Source: Epithemia pelagica (lineage: Eukaryota; Protista; Bacillariophyta). Taken from it: a stretch of 64,000 nucleotides of DNA. The stretch covers positions 2,480,001 to 2,544,000 of the forward strand of contig OX337239.1 in NCBI GenBank assembly GCA_946965045.2. The letters are read 5' to 3'. Positions 51,834 through 62,446 of this stretch are shown here, piece after piece. The position numbers were made by a program, and so were the translations under genes. The notes beneath the pieces were generated by a model that was given only the letters and a program-made list of their open reading frames with translations, had not been told where the DNA came from and ran no database searches. Numbering within the stretch: the stretch's first letter is position 1; each line of letters starts with the position of its first letter.

Positions 51834-51989
51834 CATGACTTGGAAAAGACCAACATTACTTTGTTCAGATTCCTGACGACAAGGACAACGCGAGACATGA
51901 ACTTGTTCCTGGTACATGACTTGGAAAAGACCAAAATTACTCTGTTTGGATTTCTGACGACAATGAAAAGCGAGACATGAACTTGTTCC
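51834..51989. repeat. Tandem duplication, 81-bp period, two copies
   Basis: catgacttggaaaagaccaa...gacatgaacttgttcc at 51834-51909 and 51915-51989 with several substitutions. Confidence 0.92.
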
Positions 51990-52197
51990 AATCAGAAGCA
52001 CATATGACATTTTGAATGACCAGTCCAGAGTGGCTGATATACTTATTTAAATTTATGGTTACGAATGGATTATGAAAACGTGTACGCGTTTCGTCATTTG
52101 GATGTACATTGTGGGTCATGGTCTGTAAAGAGTACTAGAGTGCAAAACGCGTTGTCCATGGGACGACCATGTTTCACTTTGGAACATAAATGTTCTC

Positions 52198-52891
52198 TCA
52201 TGATCGGCCCCCGGCAACCATGTCTGCGGATAGTACGGCGTATGTTTTTTGCAAGGCTTGCAGATGTTTCTCACCAAATTGATCTTCTCGAAGTGTTTCT
52301 TTCAATGTATGGACAAGAGCCTCTCCCATCATGGCGAACATGGAGGGTTTGACACCGTATCTATTGTGTTTCCGTCCCAAATCGTACCTGGAGATTTCAT
52401 TGCGAACACAACCACGTGAGAGACAACACCCTAGAACTACACAAGGCAAAACAAGCTTTTTGCGGCCCAGTAGTCACTTACATGATTTCCGTGAGCAATT
52501 CACTGTCGGGTCCCAACATATCCATGGCCGTATCCAACATTTCAATTATGTAGGAAGCATGCATTTTGAACCGTTTGCTCAAAAGCAACTCGTCCGACTC
52601 CGGATCCAAGTTGGCACGAAATCCAAAGAGGATCTTGGCCTGTGGACAGAGTGTAAAAAGTCTAGGTAGACATGGAAGCAGCATTGAGGGGGAAATCGAA
52701 ACAACAATCGTGTCGTGAGGATCCAGAGTCGTTCGAACCACACACTTCTTCAAGACAAAGAAGTAATGAACGTACTTTTGAAAGAGGACAACTCCTGCTA
52801 CTTCTTGGTAATTCGGGACCCGCCGCAGAGCTTCCCAGCTATCCAAAACAAAGCTGATGGTTTCGTAACCAAGATCTTCTCCTTTCACCAT
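52198..52891 (-). CDS. Single-domain globin (161 aa; exons 52891-52776, 52661-52482, 52387-52198)
   Basis: Spliced product MVKGEDLGYETISFVLDSWEALRR...GVVLFQKLFTLCPQAKILFGF...RFKMHASYIIEMLDTAMDMLGPDSELLTEIMYDLGRKHNRYGVKPSMFAMMGEALVHTL has A12 W, B10 F, CD1 F, E7 H and F8 H. Introns GTACGT..CTAG (114 nt) and GTAAGT..CCAG (94 nt). Confidence 0.93.
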
Positions 52892-54059
52892 TGTTGCAAC
52901 GTTGTACGGTTGTGATTCTTTGGTTTCGTGTGTTGAAATTTTGTGAGAAAAGTTCGTAGAAAGGCGAACACGAGAGCTAAAAAGAACCACAGCAAAATGG
53001 TTATTGGTTATTGTAAGTCGGCATTTGTCCATCCAGTCTGACGTGGAGAAAATTTCCAGTCACCGACCAATCAAATATTAGAAGTGCTTCGGGAATTCTG
53101 TGATTTCTCGCAGCTCCAAGTTATCGATTCAATGTGTTGACGACTGGAAGTAGTGTACACCAATTCAAAAAGATAGACTACATAATTTCAATAATTGATG
53201 ACATCCCTACCAGATTCGCGATTTTGTGAGCGGATGACCGATGACATCAGCATGGAGATGACGCCCAGCGGGACTCAAGTAGGATATGGCTATTCACTAT
53301 ATACACAAAAGTACATGATGGAATTGGGACTGAACTAGCTCCTTCGTATCGATTTTGTCTTCCCTTAGCTACCATCGAGTAGGAGAAGCCCATAACCTCA
53401 ACGTCCGAAATCCAAAACGGCTTCGAGCTTTCACACTTCCGAATCGATAAGAAAGATATACGACGAAATATTCCCAACAAACATCCGATAATGGGGAGGC
53501 TTTTTCAAAGGCTCAGCACGTTGTCTTAAATCTGACTGGCACCCACCGTCAGAAATGTAAATTACCACCGTAAAACCATGACTTTTTCACGACGCGTTTC
53601 ATTTTCATGTCTCACGCCAAATCCTCACTGTCTTCCGTAAAGGAGAAAGTGAACCACGTCATCGGAGACAAGGTGGAAAGTCGAGCAGACGGAATAAGTC
53701 ATCGAAATACGAGACGCAATATTATGCTGTATGAGCAATCGTTCTGTGGCAATCTGCTCGTACTCATGATGATGTATCCTAGACGTTTCGGTTATGGGCA
53801 CAATGTCTCTCGCTTCCCGAATCCCGAACCGGATAGTAATCGTACTTTCAATTTTTGGTTTGTTGGTTGTTGGACAACCAACGTTCATCGAACTCCTGCA
53901 GCTGGTTGGCTGACACATTGTGCAGCATAACAAAACTATTGGTTACGACGACAAGTGCCTCTGGCCTCTGGTTCGGGAATCCCAAACTCTGGATTCGGGA
54001 TATTCCTGAAAATCTCGGACACGAACGAATTGGATGACCCTGATCGAATCCAATCGTCT

Positions 54060-54408
54060 GGTGACTGATTCGGCATGAACGGAGGATTCGCTCCTCCTTC
54101 CAGCAGATGATCCTGGACGCTCCAGGGTGTGCATCTCATGGTTGGTTTTCCTCCTCCTTGGTCATTGAGAAGATGCTTGGCACGTTCCTGGCCATTGGTA
54201 GGTGGAGTAGTATCCTTACGACGAAAGCGATTGGTGACTGATTCGGCATGAACGAGGATTCGCCGAAACCTCTTTCCAGCAGATGATCCTGGACGCTCCA
54301 GGGTGTGCATCTCATGGTTGGTCTTCCTCCTCCTTGGTCATTGACAAGATGCTTGGCACGTTCCTGGCCATTGGTAGGTGGAGTAGTATCCTTACGACGA
54401 AAGCGATT
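54060..54408. repeat. Recent tandem duplication (173 and 176 bp) within a fragmented minus-strand ORF
   Basis: ggtgactgattcggcatgaac...ccttacgacgaaagcgatt at 54060-54232 and 54233-54408, nearly identical. Confidence 0.95.
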
Positions 54409-55122
54409 TGTCTGTACCACGCTGTGGTCCATTTGCGCACAACCCCTTTCGGTAGACTACAATGAGAAATGAGACTGGAACTCAGTGCAATAAATCTCAT
54501 TCCCGGCCAGTATACAACGACACTTGTTTGCTTTCCGCCGATATGGCCGTGGTGTGGACTGAAAAATGGGACAAACGGAACGAACGTACCAATCAACCAA
54601 CGTTCCAAGAATGACAGTTTCCTGCAATGACAAGCACAAAACTGTAACGTCACACGATCCCCATGTGGTTTCCAGGAAGCCTCCCTTGCAGGAACGTGTT
54701 TGGTTTTGCAATTTTCTGGGTTTGTTGGCATCGCCGGACTCGACGACCACGCGACGGCAATTCTGTTCTCTCCGAACGATGGACCTCATACATCTACTAC
54801 TATCGAACGAATCCCCATTCTCGTCTTCACATTCTGTTTGAACTTTACGACTGAGGAGTTTATTGCAGAATTAGAAATAATAGGAGCGAGGGAAAGGAGC
54901 TTACGGAGTAGGACTCTAGAGGTAGGTTTGTACTCCTATGTGTATGCCGATGGCGTACGAGGTTGATATAATAAGCGACCCATCAGCGACAAAAGGGAAC
55001 TTGGAACTTCTGCATCAGAGACATCACCGACCATGAGATAAAGCGATTCGACGGCCAACGCAAACATACACACATACGTAGATCCATTGCAACTGGACTG
55101 GACTGAACGAGTAGCCACACTC

Positions 55123-58100
55123 ATGCCGGAGATTATTGACTTGAGCCAAGAAGAAGACGAAGAGGATGACCACCACCACCGCCACCATCAAGACTATGAC
55201 GATGTTGTGGTGGGTGCCGAGCTTCGGTGCGATGTCGTGGATTTGGTGGACAGCGATGTCGAAGAAGGTGATTTAGGAAGGTTTCGTGAATTGTCAGAGC
55301 GTTTATTTGCGCCATCCGGAAACAACAACAAGGACAAGAAGAAACCAAAACCTGTCAACCAACCGCAGCAGCCACCGGTCGCCCAAACAAATACGGTCCC
55401 TGTCCATCACGAGGCGTCGTCGGAGAAGCAAAAGCGAACTTCCAACAAGCAGGATGGCAAAGATCAGACAACAAGGAGTGTGGATCGTCCTGAGCTTTCA
55501 GCCGTGAACCACACTACCAAGAAGAAGAAAAAGAAGAACAAGAAGAAGAATATATTGGAGAGCGGTTCGTATCGAGCTGCCTCTGGAAACTTGGTATTCA
55601 TGTCGTGGGAACGCAAGTTGAAGGAAGAACTACAACGAACTAAAACACCAGCCAAGAATTTGTTGCACATGTGGTTTAGTCGCTTACCTGTACCCAACGG
55701 TGGAGTTTCCATTACCAAGGACAGCTACATTACATGGTGCGACCGATCCGGACGATCGTCTTGGCCGTGTCGGCATTTTTCTCTCTTTGTGGATCCCCGT
55801 ACAGGGCAGTGTTTTCCCTCCATTGGGAGACCTGGAGTCCGGGCCGACTCGGTTCGTGTCACACCGGAATGTACCTGGTTTCGGGGACCGGCATTGGCCG
55901 AACAGGGAGCTGCCTTTTGTGCACTCCAATGGTTCTTGTCGTCGTCCTCCTTCTCCTCCTCATCGTCCACGGAGGGCCCAGAGAAGCATGTTTCATCAGT
56001 CTTTGATTATTTCCATCCCTTTTTGCCGGATAAAAACTTTGATCCACCCATGGGAATGACACCCGAAGCCCTGGACAAGCTACTGGCTACCGTCCACAAG
56101 GCCAAGTCGTCTCGTTGTGAGGCACCATCATCACGCGTGGCGGCTCGTCCCCATGGTTTGGGTCGACATCTGGATCCAAGATTGCGTGCCAAAAACCCAC
56201 CACCCAGCATCATGATGGCGAGCAACCGTCCAGTCCAGGAACCGTGGACGGGAAAACAGGATTTGCCACACGAACCACGCAAGTTGCGTTCGAATGCACC
56301 ACGGGAACCTCGTCCGAAGGATCCTCCAAAGGACCCGGAACAATTGCAAACCATGGCGCATCGTCGCTCGGATCCTCGGTTATCATCGACTCCTTTGGTG
56401 CAGGAACGCGCCAAATCAAAATGTCCTCCTTCAATCAGAGATTACACTTCTCTTGGTGAGAATCCTTGGACTAGGAACCAGGCAAGCGCCGGCCCCTTGT
56501 CGGGAAAAAAGGATTGGCAACACGAACCACGGACGTTGCGTTCGAGTGCACCACTGGAACCTGCTCCGGTCGATCCTCCAAAGGACCCGGAACAAGTTCA
56601 AACAATGGCGCATCGTCGCTCGGATCCTCGGTTATCATCGACTCCCATGGTGCAAGAACGCACAAGATTGGAATATACTAAAGGTCCACCTTCCAACAGA
56701 GATTACACTTCTGTTGGTGAGAATCCTTGGACAGGGAATAACGCAAGGGCCGAACCCTTGTCGGGAAAAAAGGATTGGCAGCACGAACCGCGGACGTTGC
56801 ATTCGAATACACCACTGGAACCTGGTCCGAACGATCCTCCAAAGGACCCGGAACAAGTTCAAGCAATGGCGCATCGTCGCTCGGATGCCCGGCTTTCGTC
56901 GACTCCCATGGTCCAGGAACGCACGAAATTGGAATGTACTAAAAGTCCACCTTCCAACAGAGACTACACTTCTCTTGGTGAGAATCCTTGGACGGGGAAC
57001 AAGGCAACGGCCGAACCGAGCTTGCGTCCTGAAGCTCCACCACCAGTCATGACCAATTCCACCTTTGATGAAACGAGAAGAAGGGACGCTTCAAGGTCGG
57101 CACAAACTCTACCAGAGACCTTGACTACTTCCACGACTGAGATAAAGGATGAGGCAGGGGCGGAACGGACTTTGCGTCCAGGGGTTAAGGCATCTATGTT
57201 TGTTTCCACTTTCCAAGAAAATGGTGCCATGGAAAATACAAGGTCTGTCCCGACAATGTCACCTCCACCTGTCACCAAGTCTGGTGCACATGATGAGAAC
57301 GGCAATACGGAAGATCCATTCTGTCTGCGACCGAGCCAATTCCCTTTTTGTGTCCGTGACAGGCCAGAACAAATGAGTCATTGTAAGGACCCGCTTCCAA
57401 CCCCCAATGGAAATTCGGTGATTGATGACAATGGGTCGGCAGGAATATATAGCCAAGAGCCGTCGCCTATCACTGTGCCTTCATCGAATGAGGAACAGTT
57501 TGAGGCAATCGGCGTGAAATCAGATCAAGACGAACATGGTAGCGTTCCCAGTTCTTCCACGGCCGTCAAGGAAGAGGACCAACAAGAAAACAGTTGTTTC
57601 GAAACGACGCTACATGATAAGACGCTTCCGCCGACTCCGGTTCCTAGTATTTATCAGAAAATGGAAAATGGGATGACCGATGCCAAGCTCCAAGAGAAGG
57701 CCTCTACATTGCTGGCGGACCTTCCCGCTGTGAATCAAAATTCGTCAAGGAGCAATAGTGAATCGAACACGAGATTCCATAGAGCTTCACCTCGGACCAA
57801 AGAGCATTCCAATGTCCGCAACAGGACAGCACTGGGCAGTCCGAAATTGGAAGTGGACTTGTATCAACAATTGCCACCCCAGCAAAAAGAATCCACAGAT
57901 GTGATAGTGGACAGTGAAAGATCGCAAGCACAGTTCGATCGTGAGACTCGGTCGCAGATGCACGAGCACGACGGCGTCCAAGACAATTCATCGAAGAACG
58001 ACAGTGGAAGATCGATAGAAAAGCCGCCTTGCAAGGCTTTATCTCTGGCGCAAAATCTTTCCACTGTGGAAGGATCCGTCACCGTGGACAGTAGGGAATC

Positions 58101-60537
58101 AGAGACGCAATTCCTTTCCAAGGCCTCGGCATCCAGACTGGACCATTCTTCTGTCACTAGGGACAGTAGCAGATCGGACGAATCGTTGCAAGTCAAGCTC
58201 CCATCTCCGTCCCAAGAACATTCCGCTATCCATGACGAATTCACAATGGAAAGTGGGAAATCGCATCAAAACAAGTCTCTGTCACTGTCGCAAGATCATT
58301 CCGCTTTCCATGACAAATTTACAATGACCAGTGGGAAATCACATCATATGACTCTTTCGCAGTCCTATGGTCATTCCGCTGTGCATGACAAATTGACATT
58401 GGAAAGTGGGAAATCGAAATCGACATCGATATTGCATCCCCTGACTCCGCCACGGACCCAAGAACAATCCACGGTCCATGACAGTTCGGAGCTGTATAGC
58501 ATGGCCTCACCGACGATCCAACAATATTCGACAGATCATGGAAATATGACAGTGGAAAATGGGAAATCGGAAGCAAACTTGCAGCGCAAGACTTTGCCTG
58601 AGACCCAGGAGCATCCCGCCGTCCACGACAATTTAACGATGGACAGTGAGAGTTTTGAAGCGAAATTGCCTTGCAAATCTTCGTCACCGACACCAAAGCA
58701 TTCCACTGTCCATAATGCTGTAACAATGGAAAGTGGGGAAGCAGAGGCTACTTTGCAGCGCACGGCTTCTCCCTTGACACAACATCTTCACCTAACCCAT
58801 AGCAATTTGACAGTTGAGACTGGGAAAGCGGAAGAAATATTGCAACGTAAGTCGCCAACTGTAAATAGCAATGGGCCACGGAACAATGGTATGTTACGAG
58901 AGCGGCTGCGTTCTGAGACTCCACTGACAGCTAAGAAGCCTGAGGCAAATGTCCTAGACAAAACCCACCGTGCAGTCAATAAAGTACATCGCAAGACACC
59001 GCTTCCTCTCCTTGTCTCCTTTGTTGTAAAGGGGAAGCTGACATGGGGCAACAAACGGATGGACGGTACATGCCGTCCACAAGATTCATTGTCCATGTCT
59101 CCGAAAGAAGACATGCCCAGTGATCTTTCTCAGGTCACGCATGCCTTCTCGGATGCGGAAGACGATCCTTTCCCTTCTACTTTCGGACATAGTGTGCTAC
59201 ATGGTAAGGATGGCTGTGATCAACTTCAGAGCAGCAAAATGAGAAAATTGTATGCTTTGGATCAAGGCGTTGGACTGTCCAGTTATGTACATTCGAGGGA
59301 GGCAATAGATCCTTTCGGCCGGAATCCTCCTTCTCGACTTGGTATGAACGTTGGTCAAAATTTCTCACAATATCAAATCCGAAAGGTTTCGATAACAACT
59401 GCGACCAGTTGGTCCGCGAATCGGCATCGACTCGACATTCCTCACAGTACTACCGATTCAGCGTATATGCTTGCTGATGCAATATCCCATGGATTGAGTG
59501 ACCAGGTGCAGTGTGCTTTCTCGTTAGCAACAGACGAAAAGAGTACTGACCATGCTGTTGTCGCCGAAACGACACGCCAGCTCCCTTTCAGCGCATCTAT
59601 GCATGCGCCCATGGACGACAAAGTAAAGGAAGAAAAGAGGAAAGCGGCCAGCATTCCCTATATGTTGGCAAGTGGCCCCACAAATAATGATAAACCTTCT
59701 CCCATGGGCCGCAATGTCGTTGTAATTGACGATGAGGACGGGCCTTTTGCTCGAAAACGAAAACGTGTTGGGGAATCAGAATATTCTGCAAACAAAAAGT
59801 TTTTTAAGAATCCCTCTCCCACAACGATCAACGAGAGGGCGAAAGAGCCTATACATGTTGCTGCTTCATCGACGTCCGTCGAGATGAGCGCAACGAAAGA
59901 ATGCCGTCCAACGAATACAAACCCTCCTGTTCATAAGCCGAAACCCCGAAAAGTGGTGAAAGAAAACAAATCACGTCAAGCAAACAAGAAAGCTACAGAC
60001 AACCCAACTATTGGAGACAAAAAGGCGAAACCGGCTCCGCGTGAGTGTAATTTCATTCTCATTGACGACGAGGACGAAGCAATGATTCGAAAACGAAAAC
60101 GTGTTCAGGCGAGAAAGGAATTCACCATGTACAAAAAGTTACCACCAAAGAATCCTTTTTCCGAAAAGCGCGACTTTAGCTATTGCCTCTCGGCGGACAA
60201 GGCTCAAGAGATACAAGAACGACTTTTTCGGGAATCTGCTGCCAGGGTTAAAGTGCAAGCGCTGATGGATCGCGCAAGATTCCAGTCGGAAGAAGAACCT
60301 ATATTTGAATCAACTATGGCAAACGTTGAAGAGCGGTATCCGTTGCACTGGAAATGGAAGGACCCGTATTCTAGACTGGGGCTGTGCGCCAACGCTCCCA
60401 TGTACCAAGTCAAGATCCAGTATCGTCGTTTTGCACGATTGTACCATCCCGACAAATCGAACGCTCCCAATACTTCCGAACGGTTTCAACAAGTTGCATC
60501 AGCGTACCATAAGATTAAACAAGATAAGAGTCGTTGA
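55123..60537 (+). CDS. About 1800-aa protein: N-terminal dsRBD-like module, two internal repeat arrays, C-terminal DnaJ domain
   Basis: J domain DPYSRLGL...YRRFARLYHPDK...ERFQQVASAY. N-terminal TPAKNLLHMWF..YITW..FSLFVDP.TG..FPS..WF....AEQGAAFCALQ resembles a dsRBD (weak). SIM-like IIDL, VVDL, VVVIDDED and ILIDDEDE. Confidence 0.85.
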   Translation: MPEIIDLSQEEDEEDDHHHRHHQDYDDVVVGAELRCDVVDLVDSDVEEGDLGRFRELSERLFAPSGNNNKDKKKPKPVNQPQQPPVAQTNTVPVHHEASSEKQKRTSNKQDGKDQTTRSVDRPELSAVNHTTKKKKKKNKKKNILESGSYRAASGNLVFMSWERKLKEELQRTKTPAKNLLHMWFSRLPVPNGGVSITKDSYITWCDRSGRSSWPCRHFSLFVDPRTGQCFPSIGRPGVRADSVRVTPECTWFRGPALAEQGAAFCALQWFLSSSSFSSSSSTEGPEKHVSSVFDYFHPFLPDKNFDPPMGMTPEALDKLLATVHKAKSSRCEAPSSRVAARPHGLGRHLDPRLRAKNPPPSIMMASNRPVQEPWTGKQDLPHEPRKLRSNAPREPRPKDPPKDPEQLQTMAHRRSDPRLSSTPLVQERAKSKCPPSIRDYTSLGENPWTRNQASAGPLSGKKDWQHEPRTLRSSAPLEPAPVDPPKDPEQVQTMAHRRSDPRLSSTPMVQERTRLEYTKGPPSNRDYTSVGENPWTGNNARAEPLSGKKDWQHEPRTLHSNTPLEPGPNDPPKDPEQVQAMAHRRSDARLSSTPMVQERTKLECTKSPPSNRDYTSLGENPWTGNKATAEPSLRPEAPPPVMTNSTFDETRRRDASRSAQTLPETLTTSTTEIKDEAGAERTLRPGVKASMFVSTFQENGAMENTRSVPTMSPPPVTKSGAHDENGNTEDPFCLRPSQFPFCVRDRPEQMSHCKDPLPTPNGNSVIDDNGSAGIYSQEPSPITVPSSNEEQFEAIGVKSDQDEHGSVPSSSTAVKEEDQQENSCFETTLHDKTLPPTPVPSIYQKMENGMTDAKLQEKASTLLADLPAVNQNSSRSNSESNTRFHRASPRTKEHSNVRNRTALGSPKLEVDLYQQLPPQQKESTDVIVDSERSQAQFDRETRSQMHEHDGVQDNSSKNDSGRSIEKPPCKALSLAQNLSTVEGSVTVDSRESETQFLSKASASRLDHSSVTRDSSRSDESLQVKLPSPSQEHSAIHDEFTMESGKSHQNKSLSLSQDHSAFHDKFTMTSGKSHHMTLSQSYGHSAVHDKLTLESGKSKSTSILHPLTPPRTQEQSTVHDSSELYSMASPTIQQYSTDHGNMTVENGKSEANLQRKTLPETQEHPAVHDNLTMDSESFEAKLPCKSSSPTPKHSTVHNAVTMESGEAEATLQRTASPLTQHLHLTHSNLTVETGKAEEILQRKSPTVNSNGPRNNGMLRERLRSETPLTAKKPEANVLDKTHRAVNKVHRKTPLPLLVSFVVKGKLTWGNKRMDGTCRPQDSLSMSPKEDMPSDLSQVTHAFSDAEDDPFPSTFGHSVLHGKDGCDQLQSSKMRKLYALDQGVGLSSYVHSREAIDPFGRNPPSRLGMNVGQNFSQYQIRKVSITTATSWSANRHRLDIPHSTTDSAYMLADAISHGLSDQVQCAFSLATDEKSTDHAVVAETTRQLPFSASMHAPMDDKVKEEKRKAASIPYMLASGPTNNDKPSPMGRNVVVIDDEDGPFARKRKRVGESEYSANKKFFKNPSPTTINERAKEPIHVAASSTSVEMSATKECRPTNTNPPVHKPKPRKVVKENKSRQANKKATDNPTIGDKKAKPAPRECNFILIDDEDEAMIRKRKRVQARKEFTMYKKLPPKNPFSEKRDFSYCLSADKAQEIQERLFRESAARVKVQALMDRARFQSEEEPIFESTMANVEERYPLHWKWKDPYSRLGLCANAPMYQVKIQYRRFARLYHPDKSNAPNTSERFQQVASAYHKIKQDKSR
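56249..57018 (+). repeat. Three in-frame coding tandem repeats (252, 261 and about 257 nt; 84-87 aa)
   Basis: HEPR.L.S..P.EP...DPPKDPEQ.Q.MAHRRSD.RLSSTP.VQER...PPS.RDYTS.GENPWT three times; units start at 56249, 56501 and 56762. Confidence 0.95.
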
Positions 60538-60819
60538 TAAGGTTCACACCGAATCAACGACGTCTTTGAGCGCAATTGAAACCTCATGCGTTTTGCAGAC
60601 CTTGACGGACGTCAAAGGAGCCAAAGCTAAGACTAATAGTATACTAACATTGTGTTACCAATATAAAAAAATAACTTCTCTCCAATGAGGTAAAGCTATG
60701 AATAAAAGGCTGGGATTGTAACCACATCTAGAGATGTTGCTGGGGGGTTCACAAGCATAACAGTGTAAATAATTTTTCCAGGTAGTATTGATCCGCTCTT
60801 CGTTGTTTGCATTGTTGTG

Positions 60820-62446
60820 TTAATACAAGGAACGCACACCGAGTTCATCGTATTGCTCTCCAGGTACACGAATCACATTGCCATCGTCATCAATGTATTC
60901 GCTCTTTTCTTTCAAGACAAAGCGTTGATAGAATTTGGTCAAGATTCGGTCCGTGGTCAAAAATTCGACCGAACTGCCATTTTTCAAGGACTTGGAATCC
61001 AAGATTTTGGGAACCAAATCGGCCGCCACCTCTTCGGGTTGGGCCGCCAAGACACCAAAGGGAAATTTGCGCAATTCGGGGGTGGAATCGTCCAAGAGCA
61101 ATTTGGTAAAGACCATGCCAGGCGAGAGCGTATGAACCTGAATGGTCCCCTTGGTGGATTTCTTGCCAAAGCCTTGGACGCCTTGGTCCAATTCCTTGAC
61201 CAAACTATCCGTGAATTGTGGCAAACCACGTTTGGTTGCACCATAGGTGGCATATCCAGGAGTTCCACCACCCTTGACTCCGGATCCGACCGTGTTGAAA
61301 ATGTGAGACGTAACACCTTCTTGTTCGCCCATAATGTCCATGGCGACCTACAGATATCATTGCAGGTTGTATCCAAACCATCCAGCATTCACACGGGAAC
61401 AAACAGTTTTTGTAAGGACGTCAGAGTTGGGTCGTCAGAAAGATCAAATGTATATGGTACCCATGAATCATATGCCACCCTTCTTACCTTGGTGCAATAA
61501 AGAGTTCCCAAAAGATTGACCTGGGTACCCACAAAACAAAAGAGAGTTGAGCCACAAACAAACACAACAAAACACTCACGAAACGATGCAAAAGAAACAT
61601 ACCTTGACCACGGTTTCGACCATCTTCATGGGTACATCCCGCAAATCTCTTCGTCCACCATTGACGCCTATTGAAATCAAACATCAGAGCGATAACAACA
61701 ACAAAAACAAAAAGACGAAGGCGCAACAGAAGAGAAACAATTGTGAGGATTTGACATTTCCCATGGATTGTCACGCTTGTGATGTCAAACTACTAGACTC
61801 GACGGCAAAAGTAGCCGAAATGAACGAGGCAGTTGCCATTGATCTTTCAAAGGTGGTTTCATTCCAGAAAGAACATGGCTGTACCATGGTTCTTCAGCGT
61901 CTCATAGTCGTAGTAGGAATTGTTGTTTTTGCTGTCACAGTCGTCCACGAGACAAGGTCGACCGCGTCGAGTAGTTCTTTTTCTCTTACCCGCATTGTTG
62001 ATCCAGAATTGAATGTTCCCCAATTTGTCCTTGGCCAATTGTCCCAATTTTTCAACTTGATCGACATTGCTGACATCGCACTTGGTGTGAAAGACCTTGG
62101 CACCTGTCACGGCTACCGATTCCAGAGCCTTGGCGGCCTCGCTGCAATCTTGAATGTCACAAATGACGACCGAATAGCCTCGTTGCAAAAATTCGGCTGC
62201 ATAGGCAAACCCGACGCCATTGGCACCACCTGTAATCACGACGCCACCCATCGAAGGATCACTGGCCGGCGTGGAGCTAAAGAGCTGGTCCATAAAATAG
62301 AGGGATGACGACGACGACGACGTGGTAGTTCGTCGGGTCGTCCAAGCTGGTGCAAAGGCCGTCGTCGTGGTGGAAACAGCCACCAAGACACTCAACAGAC
62401 CAAGAAGCAGGGATGACCAAGATGGATTTGAAACTCTCATGATCAA
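60820..62446 (-). CDS. Plastid-targeted short-chain dehydrogenase, NOL/NYC1 (chlorophyll b reductase)-like; exons 62446-61990, 61667-61603, 61520-61488, 61347-60820 (360 aa)
   Basis: TTA-FAP transit motif; VVITGGANGVG; WINNAG; spliced VNLLGTLYCTK; YGATK catalytic motif; VHTLSPGMV. Three GT-AG introns (322, 82, 140 nt) keep the frame. Confidence 0.88.

Noticed and set aside
51834-54408. CRISPR-like reading of the tandem repeats
   Set aside because: Only two adjacent copies each, no unique spacers, no cas genes and a eukaryotic context.
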